NCBI RefSeq assembly: GCF_004010195.1
Contig: NC_057755.1
Coordinates: 8,607,320 to 8,671,319 of the forward strand
Source of the DNA: Chiloscyllium plagiosum
Taxonomy: Eukaryota
DNA length: 64,000 nt
Reading direction: 5' to 3'
The notes below the pieces were generated by a model. It saw nothing but the letters and a program-made list of their open reading frames with translations. It did not search any database and was not told the origin of the DNA. The position numbers and the translations under genes are program-made. Positions 1-13,143 of this stretch are shown here, piece after piece (position 1 is the stretch's first letter; every line of letters starts with the position of its first letter).

Positions 1-440
1 ACCCAGCAAAATATGTTAAAAAAATAGCCTCGACCCTAACTTTCTCCTGTTTTAAAGCCAAATGCCAGGTACTGCATTTAGACAGAATTCGCTGGATCAA
101 AATATCAGATTTAAAGCAAAATACACTTCGTACATACACTATAGTTGAAATACAACAAAAGAAAGTGGAAACTGTAATGACTTAAACCTAATAGAAATAT
201 TACCAAAATTATACATTATTTAACTACTAAGTATTAGCTTGTCTAATGTAATAAATCCCCCGAAGCACACGTGTGGCAAAAAGCAAATTCAATAAAACAC
301 ACTGTCTCACATGCAATTCTAGCAGCAGGAGAGAACCCCAGCTTTGAGCTGCAACCAAGAGAGGGGGAAAAGCAGCTTCTACATCCTCAGGACCCCAAGA
401 ACTGCTTTCACTGAAAATCTAAAACAGAAAGCATTGGTTC
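1..440. mobile_element. Degenerate LTR fragment, related to the 14776-15401 / 29140-29442 LTR family
   Basis: By-eye similarity of 1-130 to the reverse complement of 29250-29440 and to the first part of the 14776 LTR. No ORF. Confidence 0.35.
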
Positions 441-464
441 TGTCGGAGACAGTTTGAAGTTGAG

Positions 465-572
465 TGTCGTGATTGGAACGAGGGCCAGGAGAATCTTAAT
501 GATGATGAGATCCCTGATCGGGGTTGTTATCCTGCACCAGTCAGAGATTCCTGCTTGACAGATATAAACAAC
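465..572 (+). mobile_element. 5' part of a Gypsy family-A LTR, interrupted at the TATA-like motif
   Basis: TG start, ccctgat-gggg-tgtta and gacagatataaaca motifs, shared with the LTR copies at 3332, 33272, 39306, 54718 and 59580. Confidence 0.65.
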
Positions 573-765
573 GGTCTCTTTCCCCCTCCAACTCTATTTT
601 GATTTAATCCCTGCCCTCCCCTTCACTGTTTGATCACGCAATATTGCCCTTTGAGGTGAAGGGCACTGCTTGTCACTGGCCACTCAGGTGTTTCCTTTCT
701 TCCTGGTGGTGGAAACAGAATAAAGAATCGTGCACCTTGTGTCTTTCACTGTGTCTCACACCTGT
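573..765 (+). mobile_element. Tx1-like (L1 clade) LINE 3' end inserted at the LTR target site
   Basis: Closely matches the 39418-41843 units (ccctccaactctattttgatt...aataaag...gtgtctcacacc). Starts right after gatataaaca. Confidence 0.75.
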
Positions 766-769
766 AACA

Positions 770-3560
770 AGTTCAACCCCAGGTTGCTATTTATATTGAT
801 GAAGTACTAATAACAGGAAAGCCAATAAATAGTACTTAAAGAAGTAGAACATAGTGCTTAAATGTTTCTCCAAGGCAGGTGTACACCTTGGAAGGGAGTA
901 GTGTGCGTTCCAGGCAGCACAAGTGATCTATCTGGGCTGCAGAGTGACAAAAAAACACATTCCACCCGCTGGAAGATAAAGTGAAGGCAATCAAACATGT
1001 TCGGACTCTAACATCTGCACTGGACTTTAGGTCTTTCCTTGGTTTGGTGAACTGTTACTGGAAATTCATATGTAATGTGGTCTCCATCTTGGCACCCTTA
1101 CATCTGCTTTTAACTAAGGGTCAGTTTTGGAACTAGTCACATAGCCAAGACGTAGCCTTTTGGGAAGGTAAAAACAGTTATCATCATCTGGGGTGTTGAC
1201 CCAGTACGATCCGAAGCAAGTGGTGGTGCTGACATGGGATGCTTCCCCGTATGATATTGGGTTGCTGTTGGTGGTGGGTCACTGGTGGCCCAACAGTGAG
1301 GAATGTCCGATACCATACGCTTCCCGGATTTTGGCTCATATAGAGAAGGACCATTCGACGGTAATCTTTGGTGTGGGAAAGATCCACCAATACCTTGAGA
1401 AATGTAAACTTGTAAGAATAAAGGTCAACAAACCCCTGCTGGGGTTACCTAAGAAAAGGAAAGACCATGTCGCCCATAGCATCTGATCAAATTCAGCAGT
1501 GGCCCTTATTCTCAATTATAACTTGGAAGAACGTGGGGTGGATCAGTGGCTCACTGGTTAGCACTGCTGCCTCGCTGTGTCAGGGACCCGCGTTCGATTC
1601 CAACCTCGGGCATGAAGTATTCACATTCTCCCTGTGTCTTTGTGTGTTTCCTTTGGATGCTCCGGTTTCTTCCCACAGTCCAAAGATGTGCGGGCCATGC
1701 TCAATTGCCCAAAGTGATAGGTGCAATATTCGTGTGTAGGCAAAAGGGTCTGGGTGGGTTACTCGTTGGAGGGTCGATGTGGCCTTGTTGGGCCGAAGGG
1801 CCTGTTTCCGCACTGTAGGGATTCTAATCTAATTGTCGGGAAGACCAAGTGACAAATGTGGATGCCGTCTCCCACTAATAGATATACCATTGATTGTGCA
1901 TTCCCTGGTAGAGTCTGTTCTGATTTTAAACTTTCTGGACCACATTCGGGTCACTCCTGGCAATATCCGACTGTGCAAACAAAAAGCTTCCACCTTGGCA
2001 AAATGAAAAGAGCTGGTGGTGAAAGGGGAAACAGAAGAACATCACCATCAGAAGTGAGACCTTTCTGGACCAACGAAGCCAACATCACAGTAGAGGACAG
2101 CACATTATTAGGGGTTGTGTGAATAAAGGTGGCCTGAGTCACTGTCTGATCTCTATCAGAGACATCCATCGGTTTCCAAAATGAAAACTTTGGCATGAAG
2201 CTGTATGTTTAGTGTTTAGGATTGAATGCGAACAAAGTTACGTTGGTGGAGCTTTGCCCAGAGTGCCAACAAGTGCAAGAATTACCGCCAAGTGTTCCCC
2301 TACCTTCGGGTGAATGACAGGTTGAACGTTGGAGTGGGTTACACCTCGATCGTGTTGGTCCATGCATGGGCTCAATGTTCTTGGCTATTGTGGATACCCA
2401 TTCAAAGTATTTGGACGTGCAAAATGTTAATTTGTCAAACTCAGGGATGACAATTGAAAAGCTGCGAGCAACATTCATGATTCATGGAAAATGGGATGTC
2501 ATTTTCCAGCAGGGATTGCCAGTATTTCCTGACATCGAAAAGCATTCGGCATGCTCAGGCACCTCTTTAATATCCATCGTCCAATGGTCTGGTAGAAAGA
2601 ACAGTCCAAACATTGAAGGAAGGTTTTAAAAAAACAACAATCAACAGTTTCACTGGAAACTAAACTGTCCCGGGTCCTGTTTGATTATTGGACCACCCCT
2701 CACACAACAACAGGGATAGTTGCAGCAGAGTTGCTAGTGGGGAGAAGATGCTGCACCAGGTTAAACCTGATACTCCATGGCCTTGGAGGAGGCTGAAACA
2801 TGATCAGGCACACCGATACCAGTCACATGCCTCCTCTAAGAGAAAGAGATAGTTTACTTCAGGGGATGAAGTTTGGTATCGAAACCACAGCAACGGCCCT
2901 GGATGAGTACGAGGTGAGGTCAGTGTGATGTCAGCTCCCATGACTTATAAAGTTTGGGTAAATGAGGCTGTCCTGAACAAATATGTCGATCACATGAAAG
3001 CTTCTCCTTTGAAAACGAGGCAGGATTAATACATACCTGTACCCCCTCAGAACAACCACAAAGTCTTTGGGAACTGTGGGTTCTCCCCCTCCAAATAAGA
3101 TCAAAGAAACCTCCAAGTCTGAGATGGATGCAGCCGCAATACCGTTACCACCTGAAGAAGAGGAAGAAACTCTCCCAAAATGCTCTGGGCACAAAAGTCA
3201 TGCCCCAGTACAGTGCACATTGCCCACGTCAGTATAAGAGTCGAAGGAACCAGATCTGGAGTGAAAATGTCCAAGGAGAATATGTAAGAAAATCAACAGG
3301 GTTTCGTCCCTTAACTTCGAGGAGTGAGCAATATAGTGAATGGAATGATGTTGACCCAGCTGGATCACATTGACTATGAGTCCCCTGATTGGGGCTGTTA
3401 ATCTGGGCCTTTCAGTGAGCCCTGGCTGACCGAGATAAACAGGAGTCTCAGAGTCTCCTCACTGAAGGAATGGCTCTGAAATAGTTCCTCAGATTCTGCA
3501 GATTGTCCTTCTGTAAATAAAGGGTGAGTTGGCAACAAGATAATGGCTTTTATGCAGTTT
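770..3560 (+). mobile_element. Degenerate Gypsy/Ty3 LTR retrotransposon (family A): RT-RNaseH-integrase remnant plus 3' LTR (~3332-3560)
   Basis: YIDEVLITG (YxDD-like), WDASPYDIG (RNaseH) and MGSMFLAIVDTHSKY (integrase), with many stops and frameshifts. LTR has an unoccupied ATAAACAGGAG at 3435-3445 and aataaagggtga. Confidence 0.85.
1545..1832 (+). mobile_element. HE1/V-SINE-type tRNA-derived SINE
   Basis: tggttagcactgctgcctc A-box head, gttcgattcc B-box, ctccggtttc core and ctaatcta tail. Inserted in Gypsy pol. Confidence 0.85.
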
Positions 3561-3618
3561 TCTTACCCTCCAAGCCACTCACATCCTGACTTGGAAATAC
3601 ATAACCATTCCACTGCTG

Positions 3619-5533
3619 TCATAGAGCCGCAGAAATTTACAGTACGGAAACAAACCCTGCAGTCAAACCTGTCCATGCCGACCAGATATCCTCACCTTAC
3701 CTAGTCCCATTTGCCAGCACTTGGCCGATATCTTTCGAAACCCTTCATATCCAGATGCCTTTTAAATGCGGTAGTTGTACCAGCCTCCACCAATACTTCT
3801 AGCAGCTCATTCTGTACACGCAAATCCCTCTGTGTGAAAAATTGCCACTTAAGTCCGTTTTAAACGTTTCCCCTCTCATGCTAACCCTCTGCGCTCTAGT
3901 TCTTGACACGCTCATGCCAGGGAAAAAAAAATGTGTATTTATCCTATCCATGCCACTCATGATTTTATAAACCTCTATAATGTCACTGTTCAGCCACCGA
4001 AGCTCCAGGGAAAACAGACACAGCTGATCAGCCTATTCAGTCTCTCTCTATAACTCAAATCCTGCAACCCTGGCAACATTCTTGTAAATCATTCTGAACC
4101 CTTTCAAGTTTCACTACATCCTTCCGGTAGGTGGGAGACCAGACTTGCACAGAATATTCCAAAAGTGGCCGAACCAATGTCCTGTACAACCGCAACATGA
4201 CCTCCCAATTCCCACATCAATGTTCTCATAAGTAAAGGAAAACATATAAAATGCCTTCTTCACTATTCTAGCTAACTGCAAATCTACTTTCAAGAAACTA
4301 TCAAACTGCACTCTAAAATTTCTTTGTTTAGCAACACTGCCCAGGACCTGACTATGAAGTGCATAAGTCCTGCTCTGATTTGCTTTTCCAAAATGCAGCT
4401 CCTCCCATTTATCTAAATTAAAGTCCACCTGCAACTCTTCAGCTCATTGGCCGATCTGATCAAGGTCCCATTGTAATCTGAGATAATCTTCTTCACTCTC
4501 CACTATACCTAAATTTTGGTGTCATCTGCAAACTTACTAACTGTACCTCCTATGTTCACAGCCAAATCATTTATATAAATGCTGAAAAGTAATGTACCCA
4601 GCAGAAATTCTTGTGGGATACCATTGTTCACAGGCCTCCAGCCTGAAAAGCAACCCTCCACCACCATCCTTCATCTTCTACCTTCGAGCCAGTTCTGTAT
4701 CCAAATGGCTAGCTCTCCCTATATTCCATAAGATTTAACCTTGTTCAACAATCTCCCTTGAGGAACCTTGTCGAACGCCCTACTGAAGTCCATATAAATC
4801 ACATCTACCGCTCTGCCCTCATTAATCGTCTTTGCTACTTCTTCACAAACTCAATCAAGTTCGTGAGACAGGATTTCTCACGTGCAAATCCATGCTGACT
4901 ATACTTAATCATCCCTTGCCTTTCCAAATACATATAAATCCTGTGCCTCAAAATTCCCTCCAGCAACTTGCCCACCACAGATGTCAGGCTCACTAGTTTA
5001 TAGATCCCTGTTTTTTCCTGACCACCTCTCTTAAATAGCGACAACATGTTAGCCAAGCTCCACTCTACCAACACGTCGCCTGAGACTATTGTTTATACAA
5101 ACATATCGGCAAGGATCCCAAAAAATCATTTTCCACGCTTCAACACAGAAGTATAGGATACACTGAATGAGGTCCATGTGGATTTGTCCATTTTTATGTG
5201 TTTCAAGACATGCAGTAACGCCTCCTTTGCGAGATGGATATTTTTCAAGACGCCAGCATCTATTTCCCCACATTCTATATCTTCCATTTCATTCTCCACA
5301 TTAAACACTGTTGCAAAGTAACCATTTCAAATCTCTCCCATCTCCTGCGATCTCCACGCAAAGGCTGTCTTACTGATCTTTGAGGAGCCCTTTTCTCTCC
5401 ACAGTTACCCTTTTGCCTTAATGTATGTTTTTTTAAAAATTTGGATTCTCCTTAACGTTATTTGCCAATGCAATCTCAAGGCCACTTTGTGCCATCCTGA
5501 TTTCCTGCTTAAGTATACACCGCCTTCATTTTT
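3619..5533 (-). mobile_element. CR1 (HER1-like) LINE, 5'-truncated and degenerate
   Basis: Minus-strand peptides YKLVSLTSVVGKLLE, SQHGF and SCLTNLIEF. Splits an older LINE 3' end that is uninterrupted in the paralogous block at ~36790-36870. Confidence 0.9.
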
Positions 5534-6585
5534 ACTCGCTGGTCACAATCATGGAGCACCCTCCCTCAGGGCAATGTGTGTCACCCCACAGAAGGTAGTC
5601 TGCAAATATTCTAGACAGTGCCGCTTTCGTCTCAAGGGGCAACTCGAGATTGACAATACGTACTGGTCAGCCGGCTCACATCCCACATATGAATGAAAAA
5701 AATTCACTTTGATTATGTTAATTTGTATTGATACCAGTTGTGTCTGAAAAGTTACATTTTATGGAGTGATAAGAACAGTTAGGGCAGAGTGACTAACCAA
5801 ATCATTCAACACCCGGAGTTCACTTCCAGCATCAAAGAGTTTATTGATGCAATACCTGTGGGAGGATACCCTCTGGGATTCCAAAATGCTTCTTCACTGG
5901 AACGAAGTAAAGTCATAAACGTTTATACATTTATTTTATCCTAACTTAGCAATTATAGGCCAGTCATATTATTAGTTACTTTACAATCCAATTGGATATG
6001 TGACTGTGTGGTCAGTGATGGACATACTTATAGACAACTCTTGGTCTTCTATGATCTCATGATGTTTCCCAGATGCTCTTATGTCTATCCTTGGAGCTTT
6101 CACAGTGCGTGCTGTATATAACCACATTCCATTACTGCTGATGTACGCACCTGCAATAAAATCCTCCCTGCCAACAGTGTGAGGGCTCACCTTGACTGTC
6201 CAGACGATTTTTAGTTAAATCTCTTTAATGCTTGTTAAGTTTTTTTAAAAAAAACTGCATTTATATTCAAGTTCTGTAGCTAATGCAAAATTTATAACTA
6301 TCAGCCTCTAGAAATCTTAAAGTCATTCTATTTGTGATGGTTCTCAGTCTTTATAGCAGTTGTCTATGGAAGTCTTCAATAAGCATCCTCAAAGGTGTCC
6401 TTACCCAATGGTCTCTGCATCAACAACGACAGCTGCATGTCTGCAACAGGACCCTTTGTGCATTATTTTGATCTGTTACCTTGTTTATATTCTGTATACA
6501 AAGCCACAATTGTCCTCACTCATGCGTTACTTTATACTACATTAAGCAAGTTATTTTTAAGTTAGCTGAAAACCACGGTCATCTT

Positions 6586-7513
6586 TGTAGCGATGGGAAC
6601 AAGGTGGACCTCACAGAATACGAGTTCCCTGTTTGGGGTTGCTATCCCCACTTAAGAGTGGTCCTAAATGAATCGCAGAACGTTGATTTGCAGGCGCAAC
6701 AGTTAATCAGGAATACAAATGGAATATTGGCTTTCATTGCTTGAAGAATTGCATTGAAGAGCAGGGAGTTCTGTAGCAATTGTATAAGGTGTTGGTGAGG
6801 CTACAACTGGAGCATTGTGCGCAGTTCTGGTCTCCTTACTTGAGGAAGGATGTATAAGCTTTGGAGGCAATGCAGACAATGTTTAACAGGTTGATTCCAG
6901 AAATAAGGGCGTTACCCTATAGAGGGGAGGTAGATGCACCTGGGACTGTACTCGCTAGAGTTTAGAAGAATCAGAGGGGGATCTTGTCGAATCATATAAA
7001 TCAATGAAAAGGATAGATAAGCTGCAGGCAGTCAAGCTGTTTTCACTGTTGTTAAGACTCGGACGAGGGGACATTGCCTCAAGATTCGGGGAATAGATTT
7101 AGGACAGAGATGAGAAGGAACTCCATTTCTCAAAGAGTCGTGAATTCTCTGTCCAAGACAGCAGTGGAGGCCGCTTCATTGAACATTTTAAGCTAGAGTT
7201 GAATGGGTTTTTGCATGGTAGGGGGATAAAGGATTATGAGTATAACATAGGTAGGCAGAGGTGAGATGAGGGATAGATCAGCCATAACCTTAATGAATGG
7301 TGGAGCAGGGCCGACAGGCCAAATTGCCTATTCCTCCATGTATTACTATGAAACTTGGTCTGATCAGGAAGCCTTGGCTGACAAATACAAACAAGTGGAT
7401 CAGGGATTCTGTTCACTTTGAGAGCTGACTCTGACGAAGCTGCAACAGTGCAATGTCCGTGTAACTAAAGGAGGACTTCCTATTGGGATAACGATCTCTG
7501 TGGAGTTATTTCA
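6586..7513 (+). mobile_element. Solo family-A LTR with 5-bp TSD ATCTT, containing a CR1 insertion; Tx1 target site empty
   Basis: TG...CA termini with atctt at 6581-6585 and 7514-7518. Flanks are paralogous to those of the 39306 LTR. Confidence 0.8.
6645..7350 (+). mobile_element. CR1 LINE 3' fragment
   Basis: GILAFIA, LYKVLVRLQLEHCAQFWSP and a CR1-type 3' UTR. Confidence 0.85.
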
Positions 7514-8011
7514 ATCTTGTGTTAGTTCCAGCCAAGGGTAGCCCCTACAGCTGTGATGCAAATATGCGATTGATCACAACTGAAGAATGATCACTTTGTT
7601 GCAAGGAATTAGTGAAAGAAGCAATTCCCTGACATTTGCCTTATTGAGGAAGAAGTACCTTATTAAGATACAGATTTTGGAGCGAGCTTATGCTGAGCGG
7701 CACTGAGATTCTGAAGAAAGAAATAACTGCTTATGCATTCACTTACTTTTTTAACTTATGGACTATGAGGATAACATAGGCAATGGACATGGGATCCAAT
7801 TGAATTTGGAATCGTTTTAAATCACAAGAAGACTGCATCTGTACACTTAGCTTCAGTGATAAAGAGGTAGAATATTGGGGACGTACTTTATCTCTCATCT
7901 ATAGAGGCTCGTTTCTGTTGCCTGATACACGTGTCCAGGATCCAATTGGTAGTGTTAATTAAACTGTTTCCTGCTGCGAAACATAAGTTTCACCTGCCTT
8001 TTCAATCGTCG

Positions 8012-8370
8012 AGTTGTCGAGTCATGCAGCACAGAAACAGAGCCTTCGATCCAACTCAACCATGCCAACCACATTTCCCGAACTAAGGTAGTCCCATTTC
8101 CCTGCTTTTGGCCCAGTTTCCTCTAAACATTTTCTAATCCTGTACCTCTCCAAATATCTTTTAAATGTTGCAACGGGACCTGCACCGACCATTTTCTCTA
8201 GCGGTTCACTCCACGTACGAACCACCCTCATGTCTCTTTTAAATCTTTCTTGTTTCCCTTTAAAATTATGGGCTCTAGTTTTGAACTCCCCCAACTTACG
8301 AAAAACACCTTTGTTCTTCATCTTATCTATGACTTACATTATTTTATAAACCTCTATAAGGTCACCCTCA
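8012..8370 (-). mobile_element. CR1 LINE 3' end
   Basis: TRAHNFK...RVVRTWS...ATFKRYLE C-terminus. Paralogous to 46635-47010. Confidence 0.75.
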
Positions 8371-8585
8371 TTTTGGTGTTTTCACATTCTCCCAGTGTCT
8401 GCCTGGGGTTCCTTGAGGTGATCCCGTTTACTCACACAGTGCAAATATGTGCAGGTAAGTTGTCCCATAGCACCTTGAAATGTGCAGGCGAGCTGGTTTA
8501 CCAATGGGAAATGTAACATTACGGGAATAGTGTGAGGGTTCTGTAGGTCTGGCTTGGCTACGTTTAGGAGGATTGGTGGGGACTT

Positions 8586-8898
8586 TAGATTAGATTAGAT
8601 TACTTACAGTGTGGAAACAGGCCCTTCGGCCCAACAAGTCCACACCGACCCGCCGAAGCGCAACCCACCCATTCCCCTACATTTACCCCTTTACCTAACA
8701 CTACGGTCAATTTAGCATGGCCAATTCACCTGACCTGCACATCTTTGGACTGTGGGAGGAAACCGGAGCACCCGGAGGAAACCCACGCAGACACTGGGAG
8801 AACGTGCAAACTCCACACAGACAGTCGCCTGAGTCGGGAATTGAACCCAGGTCTCTGGCGCTGTGAGGCAGCAGTGCTAACCACTGTGCCACCGTGCC
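8586..8898 (-). mobile_element. Young full-length HE1/V-SINE inserted into an older plus-strand SINE (~8370-8945)
   Basis: Near-consensus copy with (TCTAA)n tail, flanked by actt on both sides. Confidence 0.92.
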
Positions 8899-9861
8899 AC
8901 TTGATGGGCCGAATGGCCTGATTCCGCATTGTAGGGATTCTATGAACTGTTTGTATGTGGGGTTCAGGGAGATGAAAGTGCTGAAATGACAGACCTGATG
9001 GAAAACAATATTCATTCCAACGGAATCTGCCATCCTGCTAGTTCATCTTTACAATTATATGTCTCTTTGAAAACGGGATGATATTGAATTGCACAAATGA
9101 ACTCTATCTGTATTCCAGGCAAAAAAAAACAGATTTAAGTCAATGCCACGCAAAACAATGTTGGAAGGAAAATTCAAACAAATGCAGCAAAACTGATCTG
9201 ATTGACTTCCCTTTATAGACAGTGCTATAGACTTAAAAACATCAATAAGTTTACTAAAGCAAGCTGTTCAGCAATATCAAGATATATCTCTGGAATAGGA
9301 GGGACTTGATCCTGGGACTCCCTGGTCCACAGATAGGAGTTGATAGCACCGGAACAACAGAATTGGATGCTGCTAGGCATCTCCCAGGGAACCAATGCAA
9401 CTCACTATTTTGAAAATGTAACAGTCAGATTGTAGAAGTACATATTAACTCATCCCAGGCAATATGCTGTGAAATTATTTATTCAAACTCACAACACACA
9501 GATCTAATTGGCAACAGTCATTTATGGGCAGAACAAAGTTCTGCTAATCTGATGGTTTGGAATTGAAGCTATTTTGTTTTGCTGTGTTTGATAATTTAAG
9601 GGAATTATCTACCAATCATTGTCCTTTGAAAAACAGTCAAGCAACAAAAGTATTGATATAGGACCACTTGATCACCATGAATCAGAAAATATATCTTTCA
9701 ATGCTAACCAATACATGAACATTATTGCAATCATCACGAGAGAAAACACTTTTCGTGAACTATGTGGAACATGTAACTAACTGCCATATGTGAAAAAAGT
9801 GAAAATCGCATGTACTCATTAGTTCCATGTACTAATTAACAGATATTTAACACATTACTCA

Positions 9862-10407
9862 AGATATGGTGAGTGGTTTTGATCCCCGTGTCTAAGGAAG
9901 GAAGCTTTGGACTTGAAGGAGGCTCAGAGGAGGGTCACAGGAACTGTGCACGGGGTGAAGGGCTTGTCATATGAGAAGCGGTTGTGAACTATGATTCTGT
10001 ACACCTAGAGTTTATAAATAAAATGGGGAATCTGAATGAAACTAACAAAACACTGAGAGACCTGGATAGAGTGGAAGTAGAGAAAATGTTTCACTAATAG
10101 AACACATCAGGCCCTGAGGCTATGCCTAAGGGTGAAGGGATGACCAAAAAGAACTAAGAAGAAGAGGAATTTCTTCAGCGAGAGGATGGTGAATCTGTAG
10201 AAATCATTGACATAGAGCTGCTGTGGAGAACAGGTCACTGAGTGTTTTTTTTAAGACAAAGATGGTTTATTGATGATAAAGGGATCAAGGGATACAGGGA
10301 GAAAGTAGAAGAATGTGGTCAGGAAACATGTCAGCTTCGATTGAATGGTAGAACAGATTTGTTGGGCTTAATTCCCATTCTATACCTTACTTTCTTATGA
10401 TCTTATG
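9862..10407 (+). mobile_element. Old CR1 LINE 3' fragment, shared by all three GPCR introns
   Basis: CR1 C-terminal and 3' UTR motifs. Paralogs at 31210-31745 and 49160-49700. Confidence 0.75.
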
Positions 10408-10409
10408 GA

Positions 10410-11640
10410 CAAGTAAGTAGTAAACAACATTTGATCACCACAAGTGTCAGGCAAGTACCATCTCTAACAAAAGAGATTCTAAACATTGCCCGTTGATATT
10501 CAATGACATTGTCATTATGCAATCCACCACAATCCACATCCTGGGGTTTGCTATTGCACCTATGGCTTAGGCATATAAGTATTGTTGCTACAAGTGTCGG
10601 TCAGAGGCTAAGAATCCTGCTGCAAAAAACTCACCTCCTGACTCTCCAAATCGTGACCACAATCTACAATGCACAAGTCAGGAGTGTGAGCGAACACTCC
10701 CCACTGGCTGGGATGGGTATGGCTCCAACGACAAGCGAGAAGTTTGACACCGTTCAGGACCTTGGGAAGTTCTGAAGAAAACTCATACCAGTCTCAAAAC
10801 CTTAACCTTTGTTTGTCCATCCAAAGGAAATGGCAGCTCCCTTGAGACTGACTTGCATTGTCTTTGTTTATTAAAGATATCTGGCTTGCGCTGTAGTTTG
10901 CCTTTATTCCAGGATATATCAGGAGAAAGTGAGGACAGCAGATGCTGGAGATCAGAGCTGAAAATGTGCTGCTGGAAAAGCGCAGCAGGTCAGGCAGCAT
11001 CCAAGGAGCAGGAGAAACGACGTTTCGGGCATGAGCCTTGAAGAAGGACTCATGCCCGAAACGTCGATTCTCCTGCTCCTTGGATGCTGCCTGACCTGCT
11101 GCGCTTTTCCAGCAACACGTTTTCAGTCCAGGATATATCAGCCCACTTAACCGTCACTACATCCACAAACCTTTAGTTTGTACCCCCAGCGACGTCAGTG
11201 ACAGCAGGCTGTACCATATACAAGACATATTCTGCAGCTCATCAAGGTTCCTCGGAACGGTCTCTCTCCCACTCCTACTGGCTAGAAGGTGCAGGTAGAT
11301 TGGAATGACATCATTTGCAAGTTCCCTTCAAGCCACTTACGTTCCTGGCTTGGAAACACATCACTGTTCCTTCAGCGTTGCTGGATTAGTTAAAAGGTAT
11401 TTCGACAGCTCCATGGATAGGAAAGGTTGAAGGGGATATGGGCCAAATACGAAGAAATGGGACTAGTTCCGTTTAGGAAAACTGGTCAGCATAGAAGAAT
11501 TGGACCGAAGTGGTTGTTTCCGTTCTCTATGACTTTATGCGGGTGCTCTTACACCAAACGGTCGACAGTGGTTTGAGAAGGAAGCTCACCACCACGTTCT
11601 GAAGTGGAACTCTGGATAGGGAATAAATGCTGACTCAGCC
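10410..11640 (+). mobile_element. Old CR1/L2-group LINE RT 3' remnant, interrupted by younger insertions
   Basis: GQRLRIL...TIYNAQVRSVSEHSPLAGMG peptide. Paralog at 49705-50700. Confidence 0.65.
10923..11126. mobile_element. Penelope-like-element-derived palindromic repeat with 15-bp TSD
   Basis: Long inverted repeat centred near 11040 with a hammerhead-like core (tgaaga...cccgaaac). TSD tccaggatatatcag at 10908-10922 and 11127-11141. Empty site in the paralog at ~50207. Confidence 0.75.
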
Positions 11641-11859
11641 TGTTCTGTATTGGAACTAAATGCTCTGGAAAAAAATATAACTAAACCTGCTTCAGCAGAC
11701 GAAAGGAAACAACAATGCAACTGAACTACTGGTGAAATCATTAGGAATACATTGTGTGGAAAAAACCGAAGTCATGCAAAGAATGTCAAATTCCAATAAA
11801 GAATGAGGAAGTCAAGTTAAACGGGATTAACACAATTATAACTGGATTTAAGGACTTAC

Positions 11860-11929
11860 CAATAATACCAACAGCTGCAAGTATTGGATAGTAAATGCGT
11901 GCTATCTGTAAGATTGCTGAGTATTTCAT
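11860..11929 (-). CDS. Coding exon 1 of a GPR139-like GPCR paralog (exon 2 predicted left of the window)
   Basis: ATG at 11929 encodes MKYSAILQIARIYYPILAAVGII followed by a G|GTAAG donor (phase 1). 21 of 23 residues are identical to the exon at 51086-51155. Confidence 0.85.
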
Positions 11930-13143
11930 TCTGCCCCAGTCAGGGCTGTCAATTCTTGTGGAGTCAATGCCCACTGAAATACAATCATGTTGTCAACACA
12001 GTCTCATTTTATTTGGAAGCTAAATGTCCAGTGAGAAAATAAATCGCGTTGAGTCACTAATTACATTAGTTGCAGTACTCTGAGCAAGTAGCAAAATAAC
12101 GACTTTTCTCTGAGGATTATGATGCTGGGAATTTAGTTTTAAGAATAAAATGTCACTAATTTCTTGAAAATTCGAATAAGACTTTATTGTCATATGTACT
12201 CAAGTACAGAAGTGCATGAGTAGTGTGAATAGTGGGTAATGTCACTATATCTTTTGGCAGCATCTTTGGTACAAAGGTAGATTGGGATAAAATCTGATGT
12301 ACAAAGTAGAACAATGGTACAATTTCAAATATTCCAGTATGTCTGAGCATTAATAAGAAGAAAAAGGTGAAATAATGTCAAAAATTAAAAGATTAGTATT
12401 TAAATATTTACAAAAGACAGAACAATGCACCACAGTTTGAAATAAAACTATTGTGTACCAGATTGATACGTTCTTTTTCCCAAATTATCACATTTTAAAA
12501 CAACAAAATAATGGGATGGATATTCCGGTGATTGGGAATATCACACCAATTGTTAATCTGGTTCTTCTCTGATTAAAGTGATGCAAGAGTAAGGTGCCAG
12601 ATTGGTCATGACTTAGGGTCCATGTTAATAGGGTGCAAGGTGGTTAGGTTGTCAAGGTGCCAGGTATGTAGGGTGCTGACTGGTGAGGTGTTTGAATATC
12701 AATTAGAATGTGGGTAGTATGGACATTATGTTCCATGATTGGGGCTGTTTACTTGGCCCAATCAGAGAGCCCTGGCTGACAGATATACATAAGAGTGTCA
12801 GTGGCTCTATTAACTCTCGGAGATGGCTCTGAGCTATTTGAGTCAGTGTCATGTACTAGACCCGTGGAAATAAAAGGGTACTTAGTGACGGGACACCAGC
12901 CTTCGTGGGGTTATTTCACTGGCAACGAGAGCAACATTAATGATGTAAACATACAAAATGACCTAGGAACTGAAGCCCAACTGAATGTCAAACAGACATT
13001 TCAATTCTCTCTATCATCAGGAAATGCAGCAAGTGAAGTTTGTGAGTTACAGGGTAGGGCGATGAAATTGGACAAACTCACCAGGCTGAGTGAGCTTAGA
13101 GCACACCACTTCAGTGAAGACAATTGCACAGCGTCAATCTGGA

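Noticed and set aside
11786..11974. 62-aa ORF as a stand-alone small protein
   Set aside because: Only 11860-11929 is exon. The rest is 5' UTR (GTG start, in-frame stop just upstream) and intron read-through.
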